This document shows positions 26,732-40,533 of a DNA stretch of 64,000 nucleotides, piece by piece. Both the position numbers and the translations under genes were made by a program. How positions within the stretch are numbered: position 1 is the stretch's first letter; each line of letters opens with the position of its first letter. The DNA is taken from positions 20,956,001 through 21,020,000 of the forward strand of contig OX597827.1 in NCBI GenBank assembly GCA_951406725.2. The letters run 5' to 3'. The notes beneath the pieces were generated by a model. The model did no database searches. It was given only the letters and a program-made list of their open reading frames with translations, and was not told where the DNA came from. The DNA is from Octopus vulgaris (taxonomy: Eukaryota).

Positions 26732-27558
26732 CTAAATTGTCTTTGCATGGAATTATCATACTCAGAGATGTTGGTGAACCCTCCGAAAGATGACATGACG
26801 AGGGATGCTATCGCCATTCAAAACCACCACGTGCAGATTTCTTAATAAATTCCCAGTGTAACTAAATTTCTAAATATGGCATAAACGCCTACGTGAACAT
26901 AATTCGACCGCTCGGCATTGATGCAATGAACACGAAAAGGAAGTCGCGCGAAACAGCTTGGTTAAAAGTTCCAGATACTTCTGTTTACGATTACAAAATG
27001 TTGGCGAATTTATCCCCAGACAGAGCCATCTGCTATCTACACGGAACCTTGCCGTTCTATATCATGAAATGGTCTCTCACTCTCTTTTAACTCTTCCTTA
27101 CTTAACATGTCTTATTCGACAAGAGATATCTGTCCTGTGGTACAATGGCGAATCATGTACACACTGCTTTCATATGGTAGTCTTCTCTTTATTCTGCCTT
27201 CAATAACTATGAAATTCTTCCATATAATTATCTAGCATGTTGTATGACAAAGGACTTTTAACAAATCCCTTCGTTATCTCATGAATGTCCTTCCATTAAA
27301 TACAAATATTTTATACGCCTGCAACACGCCACCGACCAGATGTTACTTGCTAATAATAATAAACCTGGAGCGGATTTCCAGTAAAAACTGTGCCTTTTTC
27401 AATAATCTAATTAGTCATAAGGGAAAAAAAACATATAAGTATGAATGAACAGAAGTAAAGAAATTTTTAACATTATATATCCTATACTAAAACATCACCT
27501 GTGTAATTTCTCCACTGTTCTCTTTAACAAGGATGACCTCTAAAAAGAAACTGTTTTA

Positions 27559-27658
27559 NNNNNNNNNNNNNNNNNNNNNNNNNNNNNNNNNNNNNNNNNN
27601 NNNNNNNNNNNNNNNNNNNNNNNNNNNNNNNNNNNNNNNNNNNNNNNNNNNNNNNNNN
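27559..27658. other. Assembly gap
   Basis: 100 Ns. Confidence 1.
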
Positions 27659-27810
27659 CGTGTATACGCGTGTGTGAGTGTGTTACCTCATTCTTGTAAC
27701 GCACTAATTTGACCGATATTTTATTTTGTACTCTTATCACTTGGTCACATTCTCAAGTGCAAACAGGTGATTGCTGATGTCGAATCACATATACACGTGC
27801 GCACATACTC

Positions 27811-27854
<44 letters not shown>

Positions 27855-28369
27855 GCGCGTGTGTGCGTGTCTGTATGCGTGTGGGTATGTATGTACTTTC
27901 TATGAATATATACGTAAAGTGTATATATATATATATATATATATACATACGCGTACTGACAAAGACACACGCACTGTGGAGAAAAGAAAAAAAAATGTCC
28001 TCGATAATTTTTAGAGCAATTTCTGTCAATATTCTTATATTTCGTTCAAGCGTAAAATGTTCGACTTTAGGGAGATATTGTGGTAGTGATGACAACACAC
28101 ATACAAATATTACTTGTCAGTACACCTACAGCATTTTTACTTATATATATATATAGCGGACTCGCGGTCGCAGGATCGCGGTTTCGATTCTCAGACCGGG
28201 CGTTGTGTGTGTTTATTGAGCGAAAACACCTAAAAGCTCTACGAGGCTCCAGCAGGGGGTGGTGATCCCTGCTGTACTCTTTCACCACAATGGCGGTGCC
28301 CCAGCATGGCCACAGCTCAAGAGCTGAAACTGGAAAAACAAACAAAAACAAACAAACATATATATACTC

Positions 28370-28598
28370 TTTTACTTGTTTCAGTCATTTGACTACGGCC
28401 ATACTTGTTTCAGTCATTTGACTGCGGCCATGCTGGAGCACCGCCTTTAATCGAGCAACTCGACCACAGGACTTATTCTTTGTAAGCCCAGTACTTATTC
28501 TATTGGTCTCTTTGCCGAACCGCTAAGTGACGGTGACATAAACACACCAGCATCGGCTGTCAAGCGATGTTGGGGGGACAAACACAGACATACAAACT

Positions 28599-28634
<36 letters not shown>

Positions 28635-28805
28635 CACATATATACGACGGGCTTCTTTCAGTTTCCGTCTACCAAATCCACTAACTAGGCTTTGGTCGGC
28701 CCGAGGCTATAGTAGAAGACATTTGCCCAAGCTGCCACGCAGTGGGACTGAACCCGGAACCATGTGGTGGGTAAACAAGCTACTAACCACACAGCCACTT
28801 CTGCT
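28370..28805 (-). mobile_element. Full-length tRNA-SINE
   Basis: tRNA-like head GTGGCTGTGTGGTTAG...GGTTCAGTCCC and CR1-like tail on minus strand. Confidence 0.8.
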
Positions 28806-29732
28806 ACGTATATATTCATAGAAAGTACATACATACACACGCGCACACACACGCACACATACACACACACGCGCACACACTCGTTTATAAGACATTCCTT
28901 AACAAGTGCGAGGCGCAGTTGAGCTAGTGAAGACTCTTTGCTTTGAACTTGTTCATAGTCAGTCGATTTGATAGAAATAGCAGTCAAATCTTCCTTAAAT
29001 CAAACCTTACTGCTGTAAATACGTCTAGGACACATTAAATAACGTAGTCCAAGATACATGATGACCTAGAAAAATACGACGGCATAAACACAGCTTGAAT
29101 CGTTTCGAGTTGAACTCGAACTCACTCGACATCGTACAACAATTAGGAAGTGAACATCGAGAAGTTTAAACCTAACATTTTGAATATGTAAGGTGGACAT
29201 AGACATAAAAGAAGATAATTGAGATGAACATCAACACCGTAGGGTATTCATGTTCAAATATATCAGTTCTCCTTCCACGCTGATACATATTGAACTCACA
29301 CATGCGGCAAACTCGAGATTAGACAAAATGACGAAAGGAAATATGGCGAAGAATATCTATAAAACTTTACGTCTTCTTCGACCGGTCTTAAATGCTATGG
29401 TTAGAATGATATAGACTTTTCTGAGTAACAACTAACCTGACAGTCTAACATCGGCTTCCAAATGTAGAGATATAACAGTGGAAGATGTTAGAAAACTACC
29501 ACGATATGTCGACTTTATGTTAGATGTCTGCCAGGAAATTTGAGATCTGCGGTTCAGGCATCATGAGGACAAAACAAGTCTATCGTTCTTGGAGACCTCT
29601 CTGCCAGAAGAGTTTATGAACAAGAACAGCGTATATCCCGCCTCTACACAGTTGTGTCAGTAAATATAAAAAATAAATCCATAATCCGTTGGGAGACAGA
29701 GAAATCAGACATGGCTGATCATTTGTGGAATT

Positions 29733-30046
29733 GTGGAGGCACATGGACTAGTGGTTAGAGCAGCGGACTCGCGGTCGAGGGATCGCGGGTTCGAATCTCA
29801 GACCGGACGATGTGTGTGTTTATGAGCGAAAAACCTAAGCTCCACGCGGCTCCGACAGAAGGTAATGGCGAAACTTCTGCTGACTCTTTCGCCACAACTT
29901 TCTCTCACTCTTTCCTCCTGCATCTTGCAGCTCACCTGCGACGGACCGGCGTCCCGTCCAGGTGGAGAACATATACGCCAAGAAACCGAGAAACCGGCCC
30001 TTATGAGCCAGGCATGGCTCGAGAAGGAACAAACAAAATAAAAAAA
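29733..30046 (+). mobile_element. tRNA-SINE with TSD
   Basis: A/B boxes TGGACTAGTGG and GGTTCGAATCTC; TSD TTGTGGAATT. Confidence 0.85.
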
Positions 30047-30480
30047 TTGTGGAATTAATAATTAGGAAACATAATTTGGCGTTGACAACCGCTTAAACCA
30101 ACAAGCATATACGATTATAAACATTCAACTATAAAGTAAAGTTCCTAATTTCTATTTCGTAAATGTCCTACAAGACAATGGATTAGTGGATATAATTGAA
30201 GGTTTAAGTGTTTAAGCGTGAGTTCAGTTCCCGGGTCAGCTAAGCCCCAGATAATCTCGTTAAAGCCTAATAAATCAGTAGACTAAATAGCAAGGCTGTG
30301 AACAACAGATGGTGACCCCCGGAGATTTCATGAAGAGTTTCATTCTAAATAGCGGTTTGGATATTACCAAATACAGAGTTCGAATACATATGGAAAAAAG
30401 GGCGATTAGGTGTGAATATATCGGTGTTATTTCAAGTAATTAGGAATGCAAAAATGGTTAGAGACGAAACATTGTCTTAC

Positions 30481-30540
30481 CTGTTTCGAATATGACTTCG
30501 GCAATGTATAACGCTTCTCTCAATGTCAAACCTGCGGGAA
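30481..30540 (-). CDS. ARG: Arginase exon
   Basis: VPAGLTLREALYIAEVIFETG; 60 nt; CAG/GTAAG splice sites. Confidence 0.93.
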
Positions 30541-30659
30541 CTGGGGAAAGGAAAAAAATATATACATATAAGGCAACGCCACTTTTTGTTTCGCGATTCT
30601 GTTACGATGTTGGAATGGGACATTCATTGGTTGTGATGGTTGTCACAATAGAGAAACTG

Positions 30660-32997
30660 AGAAAGACTTAAAAGGAGAAGGCGGGAAAATCCTGGAAGGA
30701 CATGACCATTGAAATTTATCCCCAAAACAGGTCGCCATTGCATAGTGACAAAGATTCACTCCTTGCCATCGAAATACAAGGTAAGATATTGCAATAGCTT
30801 GAGATTGGAAGGGTCCCTATCTCTTCAATATCCTTCCAAAACAGAAATTAATCTATTACTATCAAGAGTCTCGGATGAAACAACTCCAGTATGGTCACAA
30901 AGCTGATAGGAAGGAGACTGAGAAAGAGGTCGTGGAACAAAACCAGTCAAACAGTCTTTCTACGCAAGATTTTGACATAAATCACACATGACATATGCAG
31001 TAAGTTTGCTCCAAAGACATTGTCAAAGCAATAGAAAAATATAATTCCTAAGGCGGCGAATTGGCAGAAATGTTAGCACGCCGGGCGAAATGCCTAGCGG
31101 TATTTCGTCTGTCTTTACGTTCTGAGTTCAAATTCCGCCGAGGTCGACTTTGCCTTTCATCCTTTCGGGCTCGATAAATTAAGTACCAGTTGCGTACTGG
31201 GGTCGATCTAATCGACTGGCTCCACTCCCCCAAAATTTCGGGCCTTATGCCTAGAGTAGAAAAGAAATATATAATTCCTAGGGATAGGCGGATACTAATG
31301 AGACGACAATAAAAAAAAAAAACGGTGTAAATGGGCCACTAAAGGATAGCAGACGATCCTATCTTAAGCAAACATTGCTTGAGATCGAAAGTGAACTCCC
31401 ATCAAAAGTAGAGGGTAAAAAAAGGAGCCAGGGCTTTCAAACATGTAAAGACAAACCCTAAAGCCTTATATAGACATGCAAAAGCGTCTGTTTCAGTAGA
31501 GTACAAGATAGGGCCACTGTTCGAAGAAAATGGTTTGCCGACTGCAGACGCCTCACCGCCGATGACCAGTGAAATATTGAATGAGCAATACAAGAGTGTT
31601 TTCACCACTCCATTGGGGAACTTGCAAGTAGCTATGCCTGATGAGTTCTTTGGCTCAACTTAAAGAAATAGCAATTAGTGATAACATCAAAATAGAGAAA
31701 ACAGATGTAACATCAACTATTGATGAAATGAGCTCAAACCCCGATGGATTCCCAACAAACCTCCGAAAGAAATTCAAAGAGGCTCCAGCAAGACCACTAC
31801 AGATTCTCACCCAGAGCTTCCTCGCAACTAAGTGACTTTCCAAGAAGTTGAAAGAAGGCATAATATGTCCCCTCCATAAGGAAGGTAGCAGAGCGAATGC
31901 TAAAAATTATGGGCTTGGCTCTCTAACCTCCCGTGTCAGCAAAATCATGGAACGCATTGTCAGGAGGAAAGGGACTGTGATCCTTCAAGACAAGGACTTG
32001 CTTCCTGACACCCAGCATGGGTTCCGCTCAGGAAGAAACTGCCTAACACAACTTTCGCAGCATTATGACTGGGTGTTGAAACAATTAATGAATCGCTCAA
32101 ATGTGAATGTGATTTATCTCGCTTTTGCAAAGCCCTTTGATGAGGTTGATCATGAGATGATATATCACAAACTACGGAGACTCGGTATATTCGGAGAACT
32201 GGGAGACTTGTTGCATGGCTTCTTAAAAGACAGACGCCAGGCCGTGGCGGCCAATGGAGCCCTGTCCCAGGAGACAGCAGTAGAAAGTGGAGTGCCTCAG
32301 AGAACTGTATTGGGGCCGTTAATGCTCATGGTGACCCTTTTAGACATGCCATCGGTTGCACAGGGAGCCACACTCACTAGATTATGCCGACGACACAAAG
32401 TAGTACAAGTGGTCAAGGAAATTTCTGATGTTAATCTTCCACAAAAAGACCGAGATGCCATATATAAAGGGACTGCAGAAAACAGTTTAATGGAACAGCT
32501 GAGCTACTGGGAGAGACTGAAAGAGCTACGACTCTTATTCCCTGCAGCGAAGACGGGAAAGGTATGCAGTGATATATGTATGGAGGATCCTGTGGGGGTT
32601 GTCACCAAACTTTGGTATCTACAGCTATACCATCCTCAGAACTGGACGTCACTGTAGAGTTCCAAAGGTCCAAGTTATCCTGTCTAGAGTGAGAATCATG
32701 TACTGCGATAGCTTGGGATTCAAGGGCCCACAGCTATTTAACGCCTTGCCAAAACATCTGAGGGATCTTTAGGGAGTGGGAGTAGATGTTTTCAAGAAAC
32801 AACTTGACCTCCTGCCATCCAAGGTCCCAGAGGAACCAATATCAAGACAAGAGACTCGAAAGGGGGCAGCAGTGTCGCACCCCCTCCTTCATCAAAAGCC
32901 AATCACATAAGATTGGCCATTGGAAAGGTGATTACATTGGCGGTGCTCCAGCATAGCCACAGCCTAAGGGCTGAAACATGTAAAAGAATAAAAGAAT
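30660..32997 (+). mobile_element. CR1-type LINE ORF2 (reverse transcriptase) remnants with 3' tail
   Basis: QHGFRSGRNC, SGVPQRTVLGP and GPQLFNALP motifs; frameshifts; tail GGCGGTGCTCCAGCAT...GAAACATGTAAAAGA. Confidence 0.9.
31051..31268 (+). mobile_element. tRNA-SINE (Meta-core-like) with TSD
   Basis: GCCTTTCATCCTTTCGGG core; TSD ATATAATTCCTA. Confidence 0.85.
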
Positions 32998-33117
32998 GCA
33001 TCAAACAATTCTTCCTCAAACTTTTATAATTTAGAAATCAGTTGAAAGAAAGATTTTGTAATCTATTCTCTGCTAGAATTATAATTATTAACATATCGTA
33101 TATGTGAATGTGTGTGT

Positions 33118-33155
<38 letters not shown>

Positions 33156-33370
33156 TACAATTTTGTTTTTAAACTGGGGTGTAAAAACGCAAACAAACAG
33201 GGTGTTGATGCTCAGGGAAATTAGGAGGAGTCTTCAACGTTTCGAGCCGACGTTCTTCTACGGAAAGGGTTTCTATGTAAATTCTTTAGATTTTGGAATG
33301 CTAAGCTCGCAACGATTCCGCATGATGTGCAAATGAAGCGACAGCCTGGATTATGTTGGCTCAGACTTAC

Positions 33371-33447
33371 CTGGTGTACCAGTACTCGGTGCCACGATAG
33401 GATCCATGCTGTCTATGTCAAAACTGACGTGAATTGGTCGGTCTTTC
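33371..33447 (-). CDS. ARG: Arginase exon (second Mn-binding motif)
   Basis: KDRPIHVSFDIDSMDPIVAPSTGTP; 77 nt; CAG/GTAAGT splice sites. Confidence 0.95.
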
Positions 33448-33502
33448 CTGAAAGAGGTTATCAAAATCAGTTTCGTATATTCAGATATCTATCCATCTAT
33501 CA

Positions 33503-33591
<89 letters not shown>

Positions 33592-34377
33592 TGTATGTAT
33601 GTATGTATGTATGTATAAATTTACAATGAATTTGAGAAAATAAATAGCAGAAGAATAGAATCTAGGAGATTCATATTTATCCTTATGAGAAAGAGATGTG
33701 AGTCAAGTTAGATATTAACTATAAGTTACAGTTAATATCTAACTTGACTCTCTGTTGTTTAACCCCAGGAGACATCTGTTATTTTAAAGTGTTGCTACTG
33801 AATATTTGATCATTCACGGTAAAATCAAATTCATTTCTACCAAATTCTTTATTACTATTTACTCTTTCATATAACGTTATCTCTGTTCTATCTTCAACTG
33901 ATTTTTTATTCGATTTTACGTAATTAATTATGTTAAATTGGGTTCTTTCTTTTTCGGCGACTTTTAAAATCTTAGCGTTTTCTCTTCCATTTCACATTGA
34001 CATTCTGAAGGTTCACTTTGCTGCTCTGATTAGAAAAGCTTTTGTAAAATTTTCATATTAATTTTACGGTGTGTTTCTATTATTTGTGCAATGTTTATTA
34101 CTGTTAGAATAAGCCACGTGGATCCTATGTTTATTAAAAATTCTATATCTATGATTTATAGGGAAACACTTTTTTTTTATTGCTATATTGAACAACTTGG
34201 AAAAATTATTATTTACCAAATGGAATAATTAACCACAAAGTATTCTTTTTTAGTTATAATTATTTTTATCATAATCTTGATGTTTATACCAGCTTTTGAA
34301 AGAGTAAGTATTCTTCGGTTTAATGGAGCCGTTTATAAAAACCATTGTATATATGTACGTAAACACGCGTGCGTGCG

Positions 34378-34436
<59 letters not shown>

Positions 34437-34440
<4 letters not shown>

Positions 34441-34635
34441 GTCCCGGGTTGAGTCGGGGTTAACCACAGTAAATAAGGTACTCAATACATAGCAGAGTAA
34501 ATTAATTTATTTTATAGAAGGAGCTTCTACAGGACTAGAACTGTTTCATTCAAAAGAAATCATCAGGAGCTTCCTGATGATTTCTTTTGAATGAAACAGT
34601 TCTAGTCCTGTAGAAGCTCCTTCTATAAAATAAAT
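34437..34635 (-). mobile_element. Palindromic hammerhead element, copy 2
   Basis: Reverse-complement copy of 21131-21327; palindrome 34505-34635 with 1-nt asymmetry at the centre. Confidence 0.8.
34568..34618 (+). ncRNA. Type I hammerhead ribozyme
   Basis: Same sequence as 21192-21242. Confidence 0.65.
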
Positions 34636-35168
34636 ATATATATATATATGTATATATATATATGTATATATATATAATCATATCAAAGGGAAATGGAATT
34701 TAATTAAAATTAAAATATTCAATCAAAATTTACATTTCCATTGGTCTAACGTGCAAAAAAAAAATTAGTCAAGAAGACTATATATTAGTCATACGATATA
34801 GTGTATATTTATACACATAAGGAATTCACTTAACATGAATTCAACACATTAGAAAGAACAGCTAGGTTCTGTAAACCACAAAAATAACGGATAAAATTCG
34901 ACAGGCACCATGGAGAGGTATGAGTAAGGTAAACGATTACGGACGAAATCCTAATAACTATTGAAACCATTAACTAATCTACGTGTAGGAAAGGAAACAA
35001 AAGTGAGTCAATCCCAAGTAAGACTATCGCGTGGTACGTAGAGTGCAAGATTTAAGATCACCGTAGAACCGCAAACGTACAGCGAACCCGCTAACAGTTT
35101 TGGGGGCCCGTTTTTGTGGAGTGGGTTATAGTTTCAAAAACAAATAAATAAATAAAACAACTACTTAC

Positions 35169-35273
35169 GTGATGTCAACTAAATCCAAGGCAAGTTTTAC
35201 AACTTTTGCAATTCCATATTCTTCAACTTCTTGCATCGAAAAGAATTTCACTCCCAGGTTCTTCATAGTACGT
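35169..35273 (-). CDS. ARG: Arginase exon
   Basis: RTMKNLGVKFFSMQEVEEYGIAKVVKLALDLVDI; 105 nt; TAG/GTAAGT splice sites. Confidence 0.95.
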
Positions 35274-35414
35274 CTAAAAGATCAAGAAATATGTCAAAAC
35301 ATTATATTTACTAAGGCAAGAATCAATGACACACTTGTGGCTTGTATTGCGTGCTTGGCCCTGTATTTTGTACCTAAAATCAGTGGTTAGGGAATTCGGC
35401 TAACAATCGTAAGG

Positions 35415-35839
35415 GGGTCTTTTCGGTTTGAACAGCAGTTTTTTCTAGCGGTGTCATATGAAATTGTCACCCATGATTACGACCCTAGTATCGATCTATT
35501 GCATGTCAATCTGTTTTAGGGTTAAGTTAGTTAGGGTTAGGGGTGGGGGGAAGGGTATCTTCTTTTCTTCACAAATGTAAATAAACCCAATCTGTTTCTT
35601 AAACGAGGGACATATTCATACGGCACAGAATGTTGTTTACCTCAATGGACGTCAGTGATTGGTTAAAATTGCAAAAATTGAAGGAAAAAATAACAAATAT
35701 CTTACAAACTATAGAATTTTCTCAATAAAGCCAAGAGAAAAAGATGTTTTATAAACACATTCTACCAGTATACGAAGTTTAAAAGTGTTTAGTTACCTAG
35801 AAATTATGTTAAAAACTGCCGTTCAAACCAAAAAGATCC
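35415..35839 (-). mobile_element. Merlin-like MITE, inverted relative to 26303
   Basis: Same TIRs and interior in reverse orientation; degenerate TSD (TC/GT)GTAAGG. Confidence 0.85.
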
Positions 35840-36394
35840 GTGTAAGGTCATCTATTTCACGTTGCTCCAATCCACTTAGCTGGCAAAAAATTACTTATAC
35901 AGGTATTTCAAAGGGCTGACCTCGTCCCTTTATGTGTGATGCTGAGTTTCCCAGAGAACTACGTTAAGGGTACGCGTGTCTGTGGGGCATTCAGCCACTT
36001 GCCCGTTCATTTCACAAACAGGCTCTTTCGTTGAACGGATCAACCGGAACTCTCGTCGTCATCGTCGTAAACGACGGAGTACCAGGTTATATCAAACGTA
36101 TCTCATCCGTGAAGGCGTTGATATAGCTGTGAGGTCAAGAACTTTGTCCTGCAGCTATGCGGTTCCGCGTTCGACTCCACTGCGAAAAAACCAACGACCA
36201 AATCTTTGTGAAAGAAATTTGGCAGAAGGAAACTGCGCACTTCTGCATCAGTAGGCGTTCACATTTATGCTTATTTCCATGTGTGTCTAAACGAGCATAT
36301 GGAATTGGAAGTAGGTGTGACTGTGTCTGCAGAAGAAGAAAATGAAGGTGAGCAAGGAGGAGGGGGGAGGAGGAAGAGTAGGAGGAGTACTTAC

Positions 36395-36451
36395 ATTTCC
36401 CCGACGTCAATATCACGAAGTCCAATATAAACCACGTCTTTGGCATTGATC
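36395..36451 (-). CDS. ARG: Arginase exon
   Basis: INAKDVVYIGLRDIDVGE; 57 nt; TAG/GTAAGT splice sites. Confidence 0.95.
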
Positions 36452-36757
36452 CTAAAAAATAGAATTAAGATTAGATCATGCGTAACCAAAACTTCGAACT
36501 CACTATCATGCCCATCTTAAAAAATGTTTAATATCTTTCATCTTTCATCTGTCACTTGTTTCAGTTACTGCACTGCGGCCATACTGGGGCACCGCCTTGA
36601 AGGGTTTTAGTTGAACGAATTGACTCCAAGACTTGAATTTATTCTATCGATCTCTATGGTGAACCGCTACGTTACGTAAATAAACGAGAGGATGTGGGGG
36701 ACAAACACAAACACAAAGACACACTCGTGTGTGTATGTGTGTGTGTGTAAATATGTA

Positions 36758-36841
<84 letters not shown>

Positions 36842-36852
36842 CACATACACAC

Positions 36853-37713
36853 ACGAGGTGCATTCCAAATGTTTTGAGAGAGTTACAACTGCTCTAGATT
36901 ATTCTAGTTTTGGCATATCCTTACAATACATCTAAAAAGCTGATCTCCTTAATCCGGATTTACAGCATTTGAACGCACTCCACTAAACACTTCTTATTTA
37001 TTAATCTCTTGCCGAATGCAGTTGGGACAACTAGATGCTCGGTACGCAATAAAGTTTTGTATTAAACTGGGCAAAGACGCAACAGCAACTTGTGAAATCC
37101 TCTAGACAGCTTATGGATTAGGTTTTGCGCTGTCACAAGGGGTTCAAGGACGATAGAGAGGAGGTGAGAAATGATGAGAGGTGTGAGAGGAAGCGAGACC
37201 TCAGAAAATTCGCTGATTTCTGGATGAAGATCGCCATGTGTCTATAAGGACAATAAGGATACAGTTTGAAGTTGACGTGAAACTTTATACAGAATTATTC
37301 TTGAAGATCTGAACATGTTCAAAATTTGTGCCAAGTTTTTACCTGGGTACACAGTGACGAGCATCCTGGTAACCAGCAACTTGACAGAGAAGGACATCAA
37401 AACTGTCCCTTACATTCCCTACAATCCATGCCTTATTCCCTGTGACATTTGGGTTGATTCCTAAGCTAAAGGATAACTTCAGGGCCAGTCATTTTGAAGA
37501 TGAAGGAGGCCGTGACAAAGGTCCCGAACACCGTCACTTTGGAGAACTTCCACGGGACCCTTCAAGAAATGGCTGGAACACTACAACTTGGAGTGCATTA
37601 GGTTCAGAGAGGATCCTGCTTTGAAGAAGATTTGAAGTCTTTACTTCATTGAAATTAATGTCTTTCTCTCTATCTCTTTCTCGAAAACATCTCAAAACTT
37701 CTTCTGGAATGCA

Positions 37714-37717
<4 letters not shown>
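36853..37717 (+). mobile_element. Decayed mariner element
   Basis: TIR remnants CACGAGGTGCATTCCA / TGGAATGCACCGTG; RYAIKFCIKLGK and PYNPCLIPCD...PKLK motifs. Confidence 0.8.
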
Positions 37718-37772
<55 letters not shown>

Positions 37773-38409
37773 CGTGCGTGCGTAAAGTTTGCTAAAAGAT
37801 CAGGTACCTACATTTGGTGGAACCAAGTAATATTGTATACTCACTTTATATTCTTTATGGTATCAGATTGAAGAATATCAAAAATATTCCCATAGAAGCC
37901 ATTTTTCTTGATTCAATATAGAGCATAATCAGAGACATTTGAAACTAAATTGTCTGTACGATCCCTTGAATCTTATCCCAAAGTCTCATTTGGCATTAAA
38001 GAAAAAAGCATTTTTAGTTACATCTAAAGCCTAAATGCTTTTGAGATGAAGTTTTAAATTTATACATACAGAAGATATTTAAAGAACGTGTGCAATACTT
38101 TTCTAACGCTATCTGTATTTTGGGCGGAACTAAACATAAATATTTAAACCTGAAAGACCATCGTTATGATATAACTCTCCAATGACACAAGGAACTTTGG
38201 CCTTAAGTTGCTCTAAGATATAAAACTTTGTGAAATCTTATTTCTGTTAAAGTACTAACTCCTCTGTGAGTGTCAAAAGGACGCAGGCAGTGTTTTTAAA
38301 ATCTACAATAACCCGTCAAATAGAATGAAGGCTTTCCTAGATTTTAATATAATACAAGTTTCTAAATTTTAGATCTATCATACGATATATGTATGTATAT
38401 GTGTATTGA

Positions 38410-38796
<387 letters not shown>

Positions 38797-38853
38797 AATA
38801 ATGCTGAAATTATGCCCCTGTTATCGTTAAATGATCATGAACGGACAACTTAC

Positions 38854-39122
38854 GAGTGATGTACCCAATTGAACTGCTCAATCTCAGGCAATTGGTTTCT
38901 CATTTCTTCAATCAGATATGCTACAGGCATTCCATGTGCATTACCAGAAGGGGACGTCTTCGGCGAATTAATATCGCTGTGTGCATCTATCCATAGCAGT
39001 ACAGGTTTTTCCTTTTCAGCTTCTATCTGGCCGTGCACAGAACCAATCCCGAGACTATGGTCTCCACCCAACACTACCACGTTGTGTCCCTTTCGGCGTT
39101 CCTCTGACACTTTATCAGAAAG
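38854..39122 (-). CDS. ARG: Arginase exon (catalytic core)
   Basis: LGGDHSLGIGS, WIDAHSDIN and SGNAHGMP motifs; 269 nt; TTTCAG/GTAAGT splice sites. Confidence 0.97.
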
Positions 39123-39202
39123 CTGAAATCATAGAAGTTACTACGTTACCTTTAGACAATCTATACGTCCAGATGTATATACACCATATATACATACATA
39201 CA

Positions 39203-39430
39203 TATAAGTTCAGGTTTATACCTGTAATTATTGGGATATGTAACACAATATGTACCAATCTTGAGAAATTAGGCTTCTCAAAACCAGAAAGGAGAAAGCT
39301 AATTCGAAGACTACAGATCCAATCCATAACTGGAACTGTAAAAATCTGTAAAACTTTCCAGAAATTTATCATTTAAATATATATGTGTATGTGTAGATAT
39401 GTAAGTATATGCATGAGGATACATACATAG
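39203..39430 (+). mobile_element. R4/Dong-like RLE retrotransposon 3' end
   Basis: YKFRFIPVIIG...LQIQSITGTVKICKTF; flanked by (CATA)n. Confidence 0.7.
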
Positions 39431-39502
39431 AACACACATACATACATACATACATACATACATACATACATACATACATACATACATACATACATACATA
39501 CA

Positions 39503-40493
39503 TAGAGGACATAGAAAGTATTGTGGACACTATTTTGGTAGGTGACAAGAGATTGAGGGCAGTGGTGGAGGGTAGGAAGCCCCAATGCTTCAAGTGTGGC
39601 CAGAAAGGTCACACTAGAGCAGATTGCCCTCCACATCCCGCAAAAGTACCGATGGTACCTCCAGTGGTGAAAGAAGCCGCACCTCCACCTCATATGGTGA
39701 CAAATACAGGGACGAAGGAGAAATGTGATGAAAAAGGGATAAAGGCACCAGAAGGGAACGAATGGACCAACGCTTCCAAGAGGAAAAGAAGAAAAGGAGG
39801 AATAACCATTCCACGGATACTAGCCCCATCCTATCCCCACTTACACCATTCTTCGCCCAGTCCCACCTGACACTGACCTAGAACCTGCACACACAGATAC
39901 GCAGGAACCTCACCCCCACCAAAAAAAGAAAACAGCTTTTGTATTGTTATACGAGGCGAGGAAAGCAACACTAGCGAAAAAGATAGAGTTGAAGTCAATC
40001 GTAAGGGGGAACTTGCGTGCTCATTGATAGGGAGAGCCACCGTGAATTGAAAAAGGCTTTTGGGTCAGACGTTGGTCCCTTGGAGATGGAGGTGATAATT
40101 GATTCGCTCTCTACAGTTGTAGACCACAGTGACTTAGGTGCACTTGTTATTGTAGAATAACTGTTTTCTTAAAAATATAAAAAGAGTGAAAAAGAGAGGA
40201 AGAGGAAAGAAAAAAAGGAAAATAAAGAATAAAAAAGAGGAAAAGAAACTCAATTTGTAAACGTTTTTAATCTAGAACTCTATATCACCGCATGGTGATT
40301 AAAGTAAGCCTATAAATGTGCATGTTTGTTAATTGTTTGTACAGGGTTCAATGATGTTGCGTGGGGCCCGAGTAGTCATCATTTCGCCTTTTTCATCTTG
40401 CATCATGAACCCATTTTTTATTCGTCTCCCCGCCCCCCACCTTTTTGTTTGTGCTGTCTTGTCTGCCCTTGTAGTGTCCAATTTGTGTTTTGA
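39503..40493 (+). mobile_element. Tx1/L1-like element: ORF1 zinc knuckle plus 3' UTR
   Basis: VVEGRKPQCFKCGQKGHTRADCP (CCHC); 3' UTR resembles 41690-41855. Confidence 0.65.
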
Positions 40494-40533
40494 CATTCGG
40501 TATGACCCGATTGTCAGCAGCGCAGAGAGAACA

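Noticed and set aside
29733-29806. tRNA-like sequence with A and B boxes
   Set aside because: It is a SINE head followed by a SINE body, tail and TSD, not a tRNA gene.
33225-33270. GAAACGUU motif on minus strand (similar ones at 46933 and 35095)
   Set aside because: The CUGANGA core is absent or too degraded.
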